IMG/VR virus record: IMGVR_UViG_3300034073_002339
Coordinates: 1-41,123 of that record
Source of the DNA: a virus
Taxonomy: Duplodnaviria > Caudoviricetes
Length of the DNA stretch: 41,123 nt
Direction: 5' to 3' (one strand)
Below the pieces are notes generated by a model. It was given only the letters and a program-made list of their open reading frames with translations. It did no database searches and was not told where the DNA came from. The translations under genes and the position numbers were made by a program. This document shows positions 29,014-37,544 of this stretch, piece by piece (the first letter of the stretch is position 1; every line of letters starts with the position of its first letter).

Positions 29014-29382
29014 TTGGCACATTATGCATTTCTAGATGAAAATTACATCGTAACCGAAGTAATTGTCGGTAAGGACGAGAGTAATTACGACTGGGAAGCA
29101 CATTACGGACAATTCCGTGGTCAGCTTTGCAAACGCACCAGTTATAACACCTACGGTGGAATACATAAAAAAAGTGGCATACCATATCGTAAAAACTATG
29201 CTGGTATTGGCTACAAGTATGATCTAGAACGTGATGCGTTTATTCCACCTAAGCCTTTTTACAGTTGGATTTTAAATGAAACCAGTTGTTTATGGGAAGC
29301 TCCTATACCAATGCCTACTGATGAAAAATTATATCACTGGGATGAAAATACTGCTAGTTGGATAGAAGGGCCAATAATATAA
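29014..29382 (+). CDS. MAH-type paralog 3 (TTG start)
   Basis: TTG start aligned with the paralog Met, AAGGA RBS upstream. RKNYAGIGY...DAFIPPKP. Confidence 0.72.
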   Translation: MAHYAFLDENYIVTEVIVGKDESNYDWEAHYGQFRGQLCKRTSYNTYGGIHKKSGIPYRKNYAGIGYKYDLERDAFIPPKPFYSWILNETSCLWEAPIPMPTDEKLYHWDENTASWIEGPII

Positions 29383-29433
29383 CTTATAAATGCATAGAAG
29401 TATTTATAAATTTTTAACAGGATATAGGGTAAT

Positions 29434-30954
29434 ATGCCTACACTAAAATTATTAAGAAGTTCTGGTAGTTCTTATAAATACAGACAAAGTTCTGGTGGCG
29501 GACCCTTTGCTTTAGAATATCTTATAGTAGGCGGAGGCGGCGGAGGTGGTGCAGATGTAGGTGGTGGAGGTGGCGGAAGCCAAGTTGTCTATAACACTGC
29601 TACTGTACAGCCAGGATTAACTTATACTATAACAGTAGGCGGCGGAGGATCCAGAGGCGGAACATATCAATTTGGATATAAAGGCTCTAATTCTACACTT
29701 AATTTTAATAGTACTACCTATACAGCAGTAGGTGGAAGTGGAGGAGCTGGCCGTACCAATGGTGGGGGATATAGTGGCGGAACAGGTTATAATGGCGGTG
29801 GTGCTTCTTACGATCAACCTGCTACGCCTTATAGTGGAGGATACGCCGGTTATAGCACCGGCGGAGGTACTAGTGGTTCAGGGGGCGGAGGAGCAGGAGC
29901 AGGAGCAGCAGCAACTAGTGCAAATGGTGGAAATGGTGTACAATATTCCTCAATGGCTGTTAATAGTGGTAGTTCTGGTTATTATGGTGGTGGAGGTGCT
30001 GGCGGCCCATATCCTTCTGGAAGTAGTACTGGTGGATTAGGGGGAGGAGCAAATGGCAGTGCTAGCAGTGATGGAGTTGATGGTGTATCTTCAACAGGAG
30101 GTGGGGGCTCAGGTGGAAGATCTGTTGCTGCCGCAAACGGAAGTAATGGCGGATCAGGTGTAGTTGTATTAAAATTTCCTAGTAATTATACTCTATCTGG
30201 AGGATCTGGGCTTGGTTATACACTTAATACCTCTTCTCCAGGTTATAAAATATATACTTTTACCTCAGGAACTGGTAATATTAGTATAAGTTCGGTAAGT
30301 AATGGTAGTATATTTTTTGATGGTAGCGGAGACTATATTTATACTACAAATACTAGTAGTAATTATAGTTATGGAACAGGAAATTTTACTATTGAATTTT
30401 GGGTACGTCCAACAGCAGGACCGGCTGGCACCTATAACCCAACTTTCTTTACAAATCACGGAGATGGAGACTGGGCAGCAACTGGTGGTGGAATAAGAAT
30501 ACATCATCAAAACGTTATTTTTGGGTCAGGAAGCCCTACAGTAATAACATACTCTAGTGCTATACAGAATAATGTATGGACTCATTTGGCTATTACAAGA
30601 GAAGGTAGCACTTTAAGAGCTTTTCATAATGGTCAAATTGTTGGCAGCACTACTTATGGCAGTTCTCTTGGAGATTCTACCGATAGACCTGCTTTAGCAA
30701 CATCAGATTCTATAACTTCTGGTGGTAGAGAGTTTCTTACAGGTTATATAAGTAACTTAAGAATTGTAAAAGGTACTGCATTATATACTTCTAATTTTAC
30801 CCCACCAACTAGTGCATTAACAGCAGTATCAGGTACAGTTCTACTATTAAATACTTCATCAAGCGGTACTTTCTCAAATGATAGTTCTAGTTATAACGCA
30901 GGTATAACAGTAGCTGGCGGCGCTAGCTGGTCATCGTTAAATCCATTTAGTTAG
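29434..30954 (+). CDS. Glycine-rich adhesin-like protein fused to a C-terminal LamG-like domain
   Basis: LEYLIVGGGGGGG Gly-rich domain, then GSIFFDGSGDY...GTGNFTIEFW...WTHLAITR...GYISNLRIVKG. Confidence 0.8.
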   Translation: MPTLKLLRSSGSSYKYRQSSGGGPFALEYLIVGGGGGGGADVGGGGGGSQVVYNTATVQPGLTYTITVGGGGSRGGTYQFGYKGSNSTLNFNSTTYTAVGGSGGAGRTNGGGYSGGTGYNGGGASYDQPATPYSGGYAGYSTGGGTSGSGGGGAGAGAAATSANGGNGVQYSSMAVNSGSSGYYGGGGAGGPYPSGSSTGGLGGGANGSASSDGVDGVSSTGGGGSGGRSVAAANGSNGGSGVVVLKFPSNYTLSGGSGLGYTLNTSSPGYKIYTFTSGTGNISISSVSNGSIFFDGSGDYIYTTNTSSNYSYGTGNFTIEFWVRPTAGPAGTYNPTFFTNHGDGDWAATGGGIRIHHQNVIFGSGSPTVITYSSAIQNNVWTHLAITREGSTLRAFHNGQIVGSTTYGSSLGDSTDRPALATSDSITSGGREFLTGYISNLRIVKGTALYTSNFTPPTSALTAVSGTVLLLNTSSSGTFSNDSSSYNAGITVAGGASWSSLNPFS

Positions 30955-31370
30955 TGTATAGCATGTTTATTCTAAATTTTATACCAAGTTGGTTCTTTCC
31001 AGCCTTAGCAACTATAGCTTTACTAATATTTTTAATTAGTAGATATGTAAAATTACCACAAGCACAACTTGTACACTACGCTAGTATCATAGTATTTGCA
31101 CTAGCACTATTTATGTGTGGAGCAAATTGGAATAATGATCATTGGTTGGCAAAAGTTAAAGAAGTAGAAGCTAAATTAGCTATAGCTGAAGCGGAAAGTG
31201 CAAAAGAGAATACTAAGATTGTTGAAAAAATAGTTACTAAACGCGAAGTAGTCCGTGTGCAAGGCAATGAGATTGTAAAGTATATAGATCGTGAAAAAGT
31301 GGTAATTGATGAAAATTGTAAAATACCAGAACCAGTAGTAGATGCACATAACAAGGCCGTAAAACAATGA
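30954..31370 (+). CDS. Rz: Inner-membrane spanin (Rz-like)
   Basis: N-terminal hydrophobic segments, then a coiled coil and a C-terminal Cys (ENCKIP). ATGA overlap with a lipoprotein gene, upstream of the endolysin. Alternative start ATG 30963. Confidence 0.7.
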   Translation: MYSMFILNFIPSWFFPALATIALLIFLISRYVKLPQAQLVHYASIIVFALALFMCGANWNNDHWLAKVKEVEAKLAIAEAESAKENTKIVEKIVTKREVVRVQGNEIVKYIDREKVVIDENCKIPEPVVDAHNKAVKQ

Positions 31371-31627
31371 AATATACAATTATATTGTCATTAATATTAG
31401 GTGGCTGTGCTACTACAGTGCCAGTAACACAACGTTTTCCAGAAGCACCTAAACCGCTACTAGAGCACTGTAAGCCACTCAAACAAGCTCCACAAGGCGT
31501 ACAATTAAGCGAACTTACTAAGATTGTAGTAGACAACTATATGGAATATCATATTTGTAGTGGCAATAATAGTGGTTGGATAGAGTGGTATCAAACCCAG
31601 CAGCGCATATTTAACAAGGAGAAGTAG
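31367..31627 (+). CDS. Rz1: Outer-membrane spanin lipoprotein (Rz1-like)
   Basis: Lipobox LGGC, Pro-rich FPEAPKPLLEHC.PL, second Cys, small size. Confidence 0.75.
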   Translation: MKYTIILSLILGGCATTVPVTQRFPEAPKPLLEHCKPLKQAPQGVQLSELTKIVVDNYMEYHICSGNNSGWIEWYQTQQRIFNKEK

Positions 31628-32241
31628 TGGAACTTACACTAGATCAATTAAAGCAAGTTATACCAAAAAATCAATATGTAACCTACTGGCACCATGCGCT
31701 AGAGCAGCTACTACCACAATATGAAATAAATACTCCAGATCGTATAGCAGCCTTCCTAGCACAATGTGCACACGAGTCAGGTGGTTTTGTTTTTATTAAA
31801 GAAAATTTAAATTATAAATGGGCTAGCTTGCGTAAAGTTTTTCCTAAGTATTTTCCTACGGACGCATTGGCGCAGCAATACGAAAAACAACCACAAAAGA
31901 TTGCTAACCGTGTTTATGCTAATCGCATGGGTAACGGTCCTGAGGAGTCTGGTGATGGCTGGAAATTTTGTGGACGTGGTCTTATACAGGTAACTGGTCG
32001 TGATAATTACAGCTGGTTTGCTGCTAGCTTGCATATATCACCAGAAGAAGCGTCAGAATATATGGAAACTTTTGAAGGTGCTGCACAAAGCGCATGCTGG
32101 TTTTGGGAATCAAATAATCTTAACCAGTGGGCAGACAAACGCGATATACTTACACTTACAAAACGCATTAATGGTGGAACAATTGGCTTAGAGGATAGAA
32201 AGAAGCATTACGAACACTGCTTACATATACTAAGCCACTAA
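31627..32241 (+). CDS. Endolysin, glycoside hydrolase family 19
   Basis: AAFLAQCAHESGGF..ENLNY, GDGWKFCGRGLIQVTGRDNY, SACWFW, TKRINGG. GTG start with AAGGAG RBS. Confidence 0.92.
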   Translation: MELTLDQLKQVIPKNQYVTYWHHALEQLLPQYEINTPDRIAAFLAQCAHESGGFVFIKENLNYKWASLRKVFPKYFPTDALAQQYEKQPQKIANRVYANRMGNGPEESGDGWKFCGRGLIQVTGRDNYSWFAASLHISPEEASEYMETFEGAAQSACWFWESNNLNQWADKRDILTLTKRINGGTIGLEDRKKHYEHCLHILSH

Positions 32242-32262
32242 TATTTAATTTAGGAGACTAAT

Positions 32263-33489
32263 ATGCGACGAGTAGTATTAGCCTTTACAATCTTAATTGG
32301 CTTAGTAACACCTAGCCTTGCACAAAATACTAGCACACAGGCTAGTACTGGTGGAACAACTACTAGTACTACTACCTTAATTGATCAAGGCAATTATGAT
32401 GGTGGCAGAAGCTTAGTAGATACAAATAGCACCAGTAATAGTACTAGTACAGTTACAACTAATAACATGAGTACTAGCAATACTAATAGTACGAGCATCA
32501 GTACTGTAAATAGCAATAGCATTAATACTAATCAAAATACTAGTACCAGTACAAGTATAAATACAAATAATAACGTACAAAGTGGTACAGCTACTAATAT
32601 TAATGATAATCGTATGAGTGGTAGTGTAACCTATAATAATAACAATGCACTTAGTGGTAGTGTTACTTATACAAATAATAATATTAACACTGGTACTATG
32701 ACTTATAACAATAATAATAGCACTACTTCAAATAATACAAATACAAACATTAATACTGGTACAATGACCTATAATAACAATAATGTTAATAGTGGCACAA
32801 TGACTAATATTAATCAGAGCAATAGTACAAGCACTAGTACTGTTAAAAATGAAAATATTAATAGTGGCATTATGACCTATAACAATAATAATGCTACTAC
32901 CAGTACAAATACAAACATTAATACTGGTACAATGACTTATAATAATAACAATAACAATGTTAGTACAAGTACTGTTAACAATGTTCAAACTGGCGATATG
33001 ACTAACAGAAATATTAGTCAAAGTGTTAGTACTAGCACTAATCAAAATACAAGTGTTAGTACAAATGCAAACACTAATACTAATATTCAAACTGGAGACA
33101 TGACTAATCGTAATATTAATGATACAACTATTACGCAAAAGGTAATTCAACCTCCACCAACAGCAATAGCTCCTGCTATGATGAGTGGTGGCAGTCCAGA
33201 CTTGTGTACTACTGGTGTTAGCGGTGCAGCTCAAACACAAATATTTGGTATGAGCCTAGGTGGTACGCAACGAGATATGAATTGTGAACGATTAAAATTG
33301 AGCAAAACGCTATATGATATGGGTATGAAAGTAGCTGCTGTAGCTACTATGTGTCAAGATAGACGAGTATTTGATGCTATGATGATGGCAGGCACTCCTT
33401 GCCCCTATGAAGGTTTAATTGGTGAAAAAGCAAAAGAAGCTTGGTTAAAGAATCCGGATAAAATGCCTAAACTAGTAAAAGAAGGCTAA
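32263..33489 (+). CDS. Secreted Asn/Thr/Ser-rich repeat protein with 4-Cys C-terminal domain
   Basis: AGGAG RBS. Sec signal peptide MRRVVLAFTILIGLVTPSLA|Q. About ten (I/V)(N/Q)(S/T)GxMT(Y/N)NN-type repeats. Confidence 0.8.
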   Translation: MRRVVLAFTILIGLVTPSLAQNTSTQASTGGTTTSTTTLIDQGNYDGGRSLVDTNSTSNSTSTVTTNNMSTSNTNSTSISTVNSNSINTNQNTSTSTSINTNNNVQSGTATNINDNRMSGSVTYNNNNALSGSVTYTNNNINTGTMTYNNNNSTTSNNTNTNINTGTMTYNNNNVNSGTMTNINQSNSTSTSTVKNENINSGIMTYNNNNATTSTNTNINTGTMTYNNNNNNVSTSTVNNVQTGDMTNRNISQSVSTSTNQNTSVSTNANTNTNIQTGDMTNRNINDTTITQKVIQPPPTAIAPAMMSGGSPDLCTTGVSGAAQTQIFGMSLGGTQRDMNCERLKLSKTLYDMGMKVAAVATMCQDRRVFDAMMMAGTPCPYEGLIGEKAKEAWLKNPDKMPKLVKEG

Positions 33490-33490
33490 T

Positions 33491-35263
33491 ATGAAGGATA
33501 GACTAATAACATGGTCAATACTAGCTGTATTAATGATAATATCTATAGTGCCAGGCTTTGCTCAAACTGCTAGTATTGACATAACGGGCAATTTAGTAAA
33601 TAATACTCAAACTGCAACTGCAAGTACTGGTACATGGCAAAATGCAACATTTCAAAACTCACTAACATGTTGGGCTTGGGGTGATCCTGGCTATTGTGGG
33701 CCCAACCCAATTGTTAGACCTAGTGGAGATATTAACTTTTCATTTGGTATGGTTGACTTACACCAACGAGTAAATGTTGCTAAAGCACTGCCATATGCTG
33801 GAACTGGTTTAGTTACTACTGGTTTTACGTTTGGTTGGACGTCAAAAAATGGTAATGGTTGGGATGATGGTAGGCAGGATGTTTTATCGGCTTATGTAAA
33901 ATTGTACAGTTCTGGTGACACAAAAGTTATAGAATCTTTTAATTATAACTTAAACTATATACATAACTGGACAACATTTTCTTACACAGAAACGTGGCAA
34001 AATACTAAAATTGGGTATAGAGAAAATCAAGTTGGTAATGTTCAATTTGGTTTTATAGGCATGGATAACAATTACTGGGCAGGACCTTATGGGCCTGAAG
34101 TTACTAGTGTTAATTTTCAATTACGATACAAACCAGATCCTTGTAAAAATAATCCACTATTTAGTCCAGAGTGCCCAAATTTTATTCAAGAATTAGCCAA
34201 GAATAATACTGTACCAACAACTGATACAAAGACGTCTACTAATTCCGCAGATAGTGTGGAAACATTACCCCCACCTCCCCCACCAAAAGAAAACAAAGAT
34301 GTAGACGTTGTTAAACAAGATGATCGTTACGAAGAAGGTTATGTTGAAGTTGATACAGATAGATTAATTGATACACTATTTAAAATTCAAGATAATCAAA
34401 ATCGCGAAGAAAAAATAACAATGCAGGCAGCAGACAATGCTATAAAAGAAACTGATAAAATTGCCTTGCAAACAGTTAAACAAGCTGAAAAAGCCGCTGA
34501 AAAATTAACTAAAGATAGTATTCAGAATAGTATGCCTATTCAGCAAGCTACTATTGAAACTAAAGATAATAAGGGTTTGCAGTCTCTATCACTATTTCAA
34601 GCACCTAGTAGCTCGACTACAGAAATATTTAAACTACCTGGAGCTCAACAAACTTCTACATTACACCTACAAAATCAGTCAATACAAACTCAAGCTGTAA
34701 ACTTATCACAACAAGAACAAGGCTATAAACCCCCAACACAAACTAGTATTTATAGTTTAACTAATACTACGCAGGCCGATATAACAACTAATCAGATAAA
34801 TACTGGAACACTAAATATTAGCAATATAGGTTTTCAAAATTATCAAGCAACGTCTACGCAAACAATAACTAATTCACTATCTTTACTTAATCCGTTGGCT
34901 AATCAACTACCGGAAACGCCTGTTATTAGTAGCAGTTTTTTAACAAATAAAGCAGACCCTATTAATGCTATTTTAGATGCTAAACAGCAAAATACAAATA
35001 GTGATAAAGAACAAAGCCAAACACAACAAGTTAAGAGTAATATACAAGACAATGATGCTGCAGTAGGAGTTTCTATAGATACTATAGCTAAAACACCTGT
35101 TGGCTTCAATAGTTATACTATAGCATTAACAGATGTTGCGTTTTATGCTCCCAAAGAAATTTATCGTAACCAACGTGTAGTAGATAACCAGCGCGCATTA
35201 CGTCAATTAAGTAGTGATAGGCTTCATCAAGAAATGATTGAGCTACAATATAGGAGTAGATAA
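33491..35263 (+). CDS. Exported hypothetical protein
   Basis: Signal peptide ending GFA|Q, aromatic-rich globular domain with two Cys pairs, poly-Pro linker, Q/T/N-rich stalk. Confidence 0.78.
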   Translation: MKDRLITWSILAVLMIISIVPGFAQTASIDITGNLVNNTQTATASTGTWQNATFQNSLTCWAWGDPGYCGPNPIVRPSGDINFSFGMVDLHQRVNVAKALPYAGTGLVTTGFTFGWTSKNGNGWDDGRQDVLSAYVKLYSSGDTKVIESFNYNLNYIHNWTTFSYTETWQNTKIGYRENQVGNVQFGFIGMDNNYWAGPYGPEVTSVNFQLRYKPDPCKNNPLFSPECPNFIQELAKNNTVPTTDTKTSTNSADSVETLPPPPPPKENKDVDVVKQDDRYEEGYVEVDTDRLIDTLFKIQDNQNREEKITMQAADNAIKETDKIALQTVKQAEKAAEKLTKDSIQNSMPIQQATIETKDNKGLQSLSLFQAPSSSTTEIFKLPGAQQTSTLHLQNQSIQTQAVNLSQQEQGYKPPTQTSIYSLTNTTQADITTNQINTGTLNISNIGFQNYQATSTQTITNSLSLLNPLANQLPETPVISSSFLTNKADPINAILDAKQQNTNSDKEQSQTQQVKSNIQDNDAAVGVSIDTIAKTPVGFNSYTIALTDVAFYAPKEIYRNQRVVDNQRALRQLSSDRLHQEMIELQYRSR

Positions 35264-35916
35264 TGAGCGAAGAAAAAGTAAACTTAGATAAAAAAGTTGA
35301 AGAATTAGAAGCTGCCGCAAAAAAGTATGCTAGTAAAGATACTGTTATTAGTGTAGGTGGTTATGATTTTACTCCAGCTAAATTAATGGTTGTAGCCACA
35401 ATCTTAAGTAGCGTATTAGGTGCACTATATGGAGCTTTTGAAGTTTATAAAGATTATATTGGTATGAAAAAGAAAATTGCTGAATATGTATCGCCTGACT
35501 TTAGCGAGTTTGATAAACGTTTAGCAGTTATTGAAGAAAATAGTGCTAAAACTGCTAAAGCTGTGCAAGAAGGCAGCGATAAAACAGCTGAATATACCCG
35601 TGATATTAAAAATGATCTTAAAAATGATATACGCAGATTAGAAAAAGTTGTTGAAGGGGTAGAAACCAGTAATAAACAACAACAACGTGAAATAGACAAA
35701 ACTGTTACGGAAATTAAAACTGAAGTACGCGGTATACAACGTGCAGCAGATGCCAGTTTAAATGCTGCTACTAAAGAGATGAACAAAATGAGTGCTGATA
35801 ATGCCAAGGCTATAGCTGCTAATAATCGTGAAGTAGACGCAAAATTAAAAGCCTTAGATAGAAAAATCAATGAAGATTTGAAAAAAGCACTTGATAATCC
35901 ACTAGCTAATAAATAG
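35263..35916 (+). CDS. Single-pass membrane protein with long coiled coil
   Basis: Hydrophobic LMVVATILSSVLGALYGAF followed by about 150 aa of heptad-rich helix. TAATG coupling, AGGAG RBS. Confidence 0.78.
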   Translation: MSEEKVNLDKKVEELEAAAKKYASKDTVISVGGYDFTPAKLMVVATILSSVLGALYGAFEVYKDYIGMKKKIAEYVSPDFSEFDKRLAVIEENSAKTAKAVQEGSDKTAEYTRDIKNDLKNDIRRLEKVVEGVETSNKQQQREIDKTVTEIKTEVRGIQRAADASLNAATKEMNKMSADNAKAIAANNREVDAKLKALDRKINEDLKKALDNPLANK

Positions 35917-35923
35917 AGGTATT

Positions 35924-36145
35924 ATGCGAATATTATTATTAACACTACTATTAGCTGGTTGTAGTGATATGTATCGTTATCCTTGTCAAAATCCTGATAA
36001 TTGGGATCATAAGGTTTGTAAACGACCCTATTGTAGTGCAAACGGTACTTGTCCAGAAGATTTAACTCCATATGAAAAAGAACGTGTTGGTGGTCAACAG
36101 CGACCAGTAGCACCGCAACAACCACCAGCAAAGGATTGTAAATGA
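35924..36145 (+). CDS. Small Cys-rich lipoprotein
   Basis: GAGG RBS. MRILLLTLLLAGC lipobox and five further Cys. Confidence 0.8.
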   Translation: MRILLLTLLLAGCSDMYRYPCQNPDNWDHKVCKRPYCSANGTCPEDLTPYEKERVGGQQRPVAPQQPPAKDCK

Positions 36146-36591
36146 TTAAAGACCTATGGGAAGGCCCGCGCTATACCGAAGATGAGTTAATGGCTAGACT
36201 TAAGTTTATTATTGGTGTAGTACTAGCTATGACATTATTTGGAATCGTGTTCGTAGTTCTTTACAGTTTAATATTTGTAACACAACCAATGAATGGTATG
36301 AGTCCTGTAGATAATAAGTTTTTTGAACTAATTATACCTATTGCCACATTTTTAACAGGTACACTAAGCGGTATTATGTTAGCCAGTGGTGATAAAGAAG
36401 CACAAAAACAGGCACTTCAAGCAGCAAATAAAGGTTGGGATAAGCCGCCAAGCCCACCGCCAACTATGATACCTACAGTTACCGTTGGTAACGGTGGTAT
36501 TAGTATAGGTACTCCTGGTGGTAATCAACAAGTAACCGTAGGTTTTGGAGGCAAACCACAGCCACCTCAACCAACATTTCCAGAACTATAA
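36142..36591 (+). CDS. Two-TM membrane protein (holin candidate)
   Basis: Two hydrophobic helices and a Pro/Gly-rich tail. ATGA overlap with the lipoprotein gene. Confidence 0.65.
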   Translation: MIKDLWEGPRYTEDELMARLKFIIGVVLAMTLFGIVFVVLYSLIFVTQPMNGMSPVDNKFFELIIPIATFLTGTLSGIMLASGDKEAQKQALQAANKGWDKPPSPPPTMIPTVTVGNGGISIGTPGGNQQVTVGFGGKPQPPQPTFPEL

Positions 36592-36603
36592 AGGGTTGTA
36601 AAT

Positions 36604-36837
36604 ATGACAAAAACCTTGTTAGCACTATTAGCCTCAACTTTTTTAGCAACAGCAGCATTAGCAGATGCTCCTAAAAAAGCAGAAGAAAAAGCTCCAGCTA
36701 AAAAAGAAAAAGCTTGTATTGATAAAATGAAGGATGGTAAGCCTGTAGTTGGTAAAGATGGTAAACCAGAACAGGTTTGTAAGGAAGTTAAGGTTCACGA
36801 AAAATTAGATGGTCATAAAGTACCAGATAAGAAGTAA
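36604..36837 (+). CDS. Small secreted Lys-rich protein
   Basis: Signal peptide ending ALA|D and one Cys pair. Confidence 0.7.
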   Translation: MTKTLLALLASTFLATAALADAPKKAEEKAPAKKEKACIDKMKDGKPVVGKDGKPEQVCKEVKVHEKLDGHKVPDKK

Positions 36838-36864
36838 TCTTTGACTAACCTTATAAGGATTAAT

Positions 36865-37536
36865 ATGGGCAAAAGCAGTGCTAAAAAACAAAGAAATGTA
36901 ATTCCGCTAGAATTTGGTTTTAGGGATGTTAAGCCACTAAACTACATTCAAGAAGCCTATTTGCGGGCAATACATGAAAACGATATAATTTTTGGTATAG
37001 GTAGCGCAGGCACTGGCAAAACCTATATTGCTGCAACTTATGCTGCTGGTGAATTATTTCACCGGCGTATAAGAAAAATTATATTAACTAGGCCGAACGT
37101 TGAAACAGGCCGCGGACTTGGATTTTTACCAGGTACCTTAGAAGAAAAATACGCACCATATTTAGAACCATTTAATGAAATATTTATGCGTAGTCTTGGA
37201 CGTGGATTTTACGAATATGCACTCAATAAAAAAGATATAGAACCTAAACCGCTAGGATTTATGCGTGGAACTACTTTTGATGATTGCATAGTCCTCCTAG
37301 ACGAAGCACAAAATGCAACCAAGGATGAGATGAAAATGATCTTGTCACGCGTTGGTAAAAACTGTAAAATAATAGTTAGTGGCGATCAAGATCAAAGTGA
37401 TATTGATAACAGCGGACTAGAAGATGCAGCTAAGCGATTAGAACGTATAGATGGCATAGAGGTTGTTAGATTTATGGATACAGATATTGTTCGCAGTAAA
37501 CTATGTAAAGATATTATAATGGCATATAGAAATTAA
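36865..37536 (+). CDS. phoH: PhoH-family ATPase
   Basis: Walker A GSAGTGKT, LTRP, LGFLPG, FMRG.TF, DEAQN, GDQDQ. ATG 36865 follows an AAGGA RBS (ORF track start 36841). Confidence 0.95.
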   Translation: MGKSSAKKQRNVIPLEFGFRDVKPLNYIQEAYLRAIHENDIIFGIGSAGTGKTYIAATYAAGELFHRRIRKIILTRPNVETGRGLGFLPGTLEEKYAPYLEPFNEIFMRSLGRGFYEYALNKKDIEPKPLGFMRGTTFDDCIVLLDEAQNATKDEMKMILSRVGKNCKIIVSGDQDQSDIDNSGLEDAAKRLERIDGIEVVRFMDTDIVRSKLCKDIIMAYRN

Positions 37537-37544
37537 GGAGTAGT

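Noticed and set aside
15960-29410. T4-type late promoters (TATAAAT words near 15966, 29385 and 29405)
   Set aside because: None matches the full TATAAATA consensus, such words are expected by chance in AT-rich gaps, and the clear promoter here is sigma70-type.
1270-36570. Numerous antisense and alternate-frame ORFs in the track (e.g. 9189-9704, 12056-12304, 14064-14282, 32728-33240, 35454-35870)
   Set aside because: They are shadows of Gly/Thr/Asn-rich coding sequence (poly-Val, poly-His, poly-Pro translations) lying within well-supported genes.
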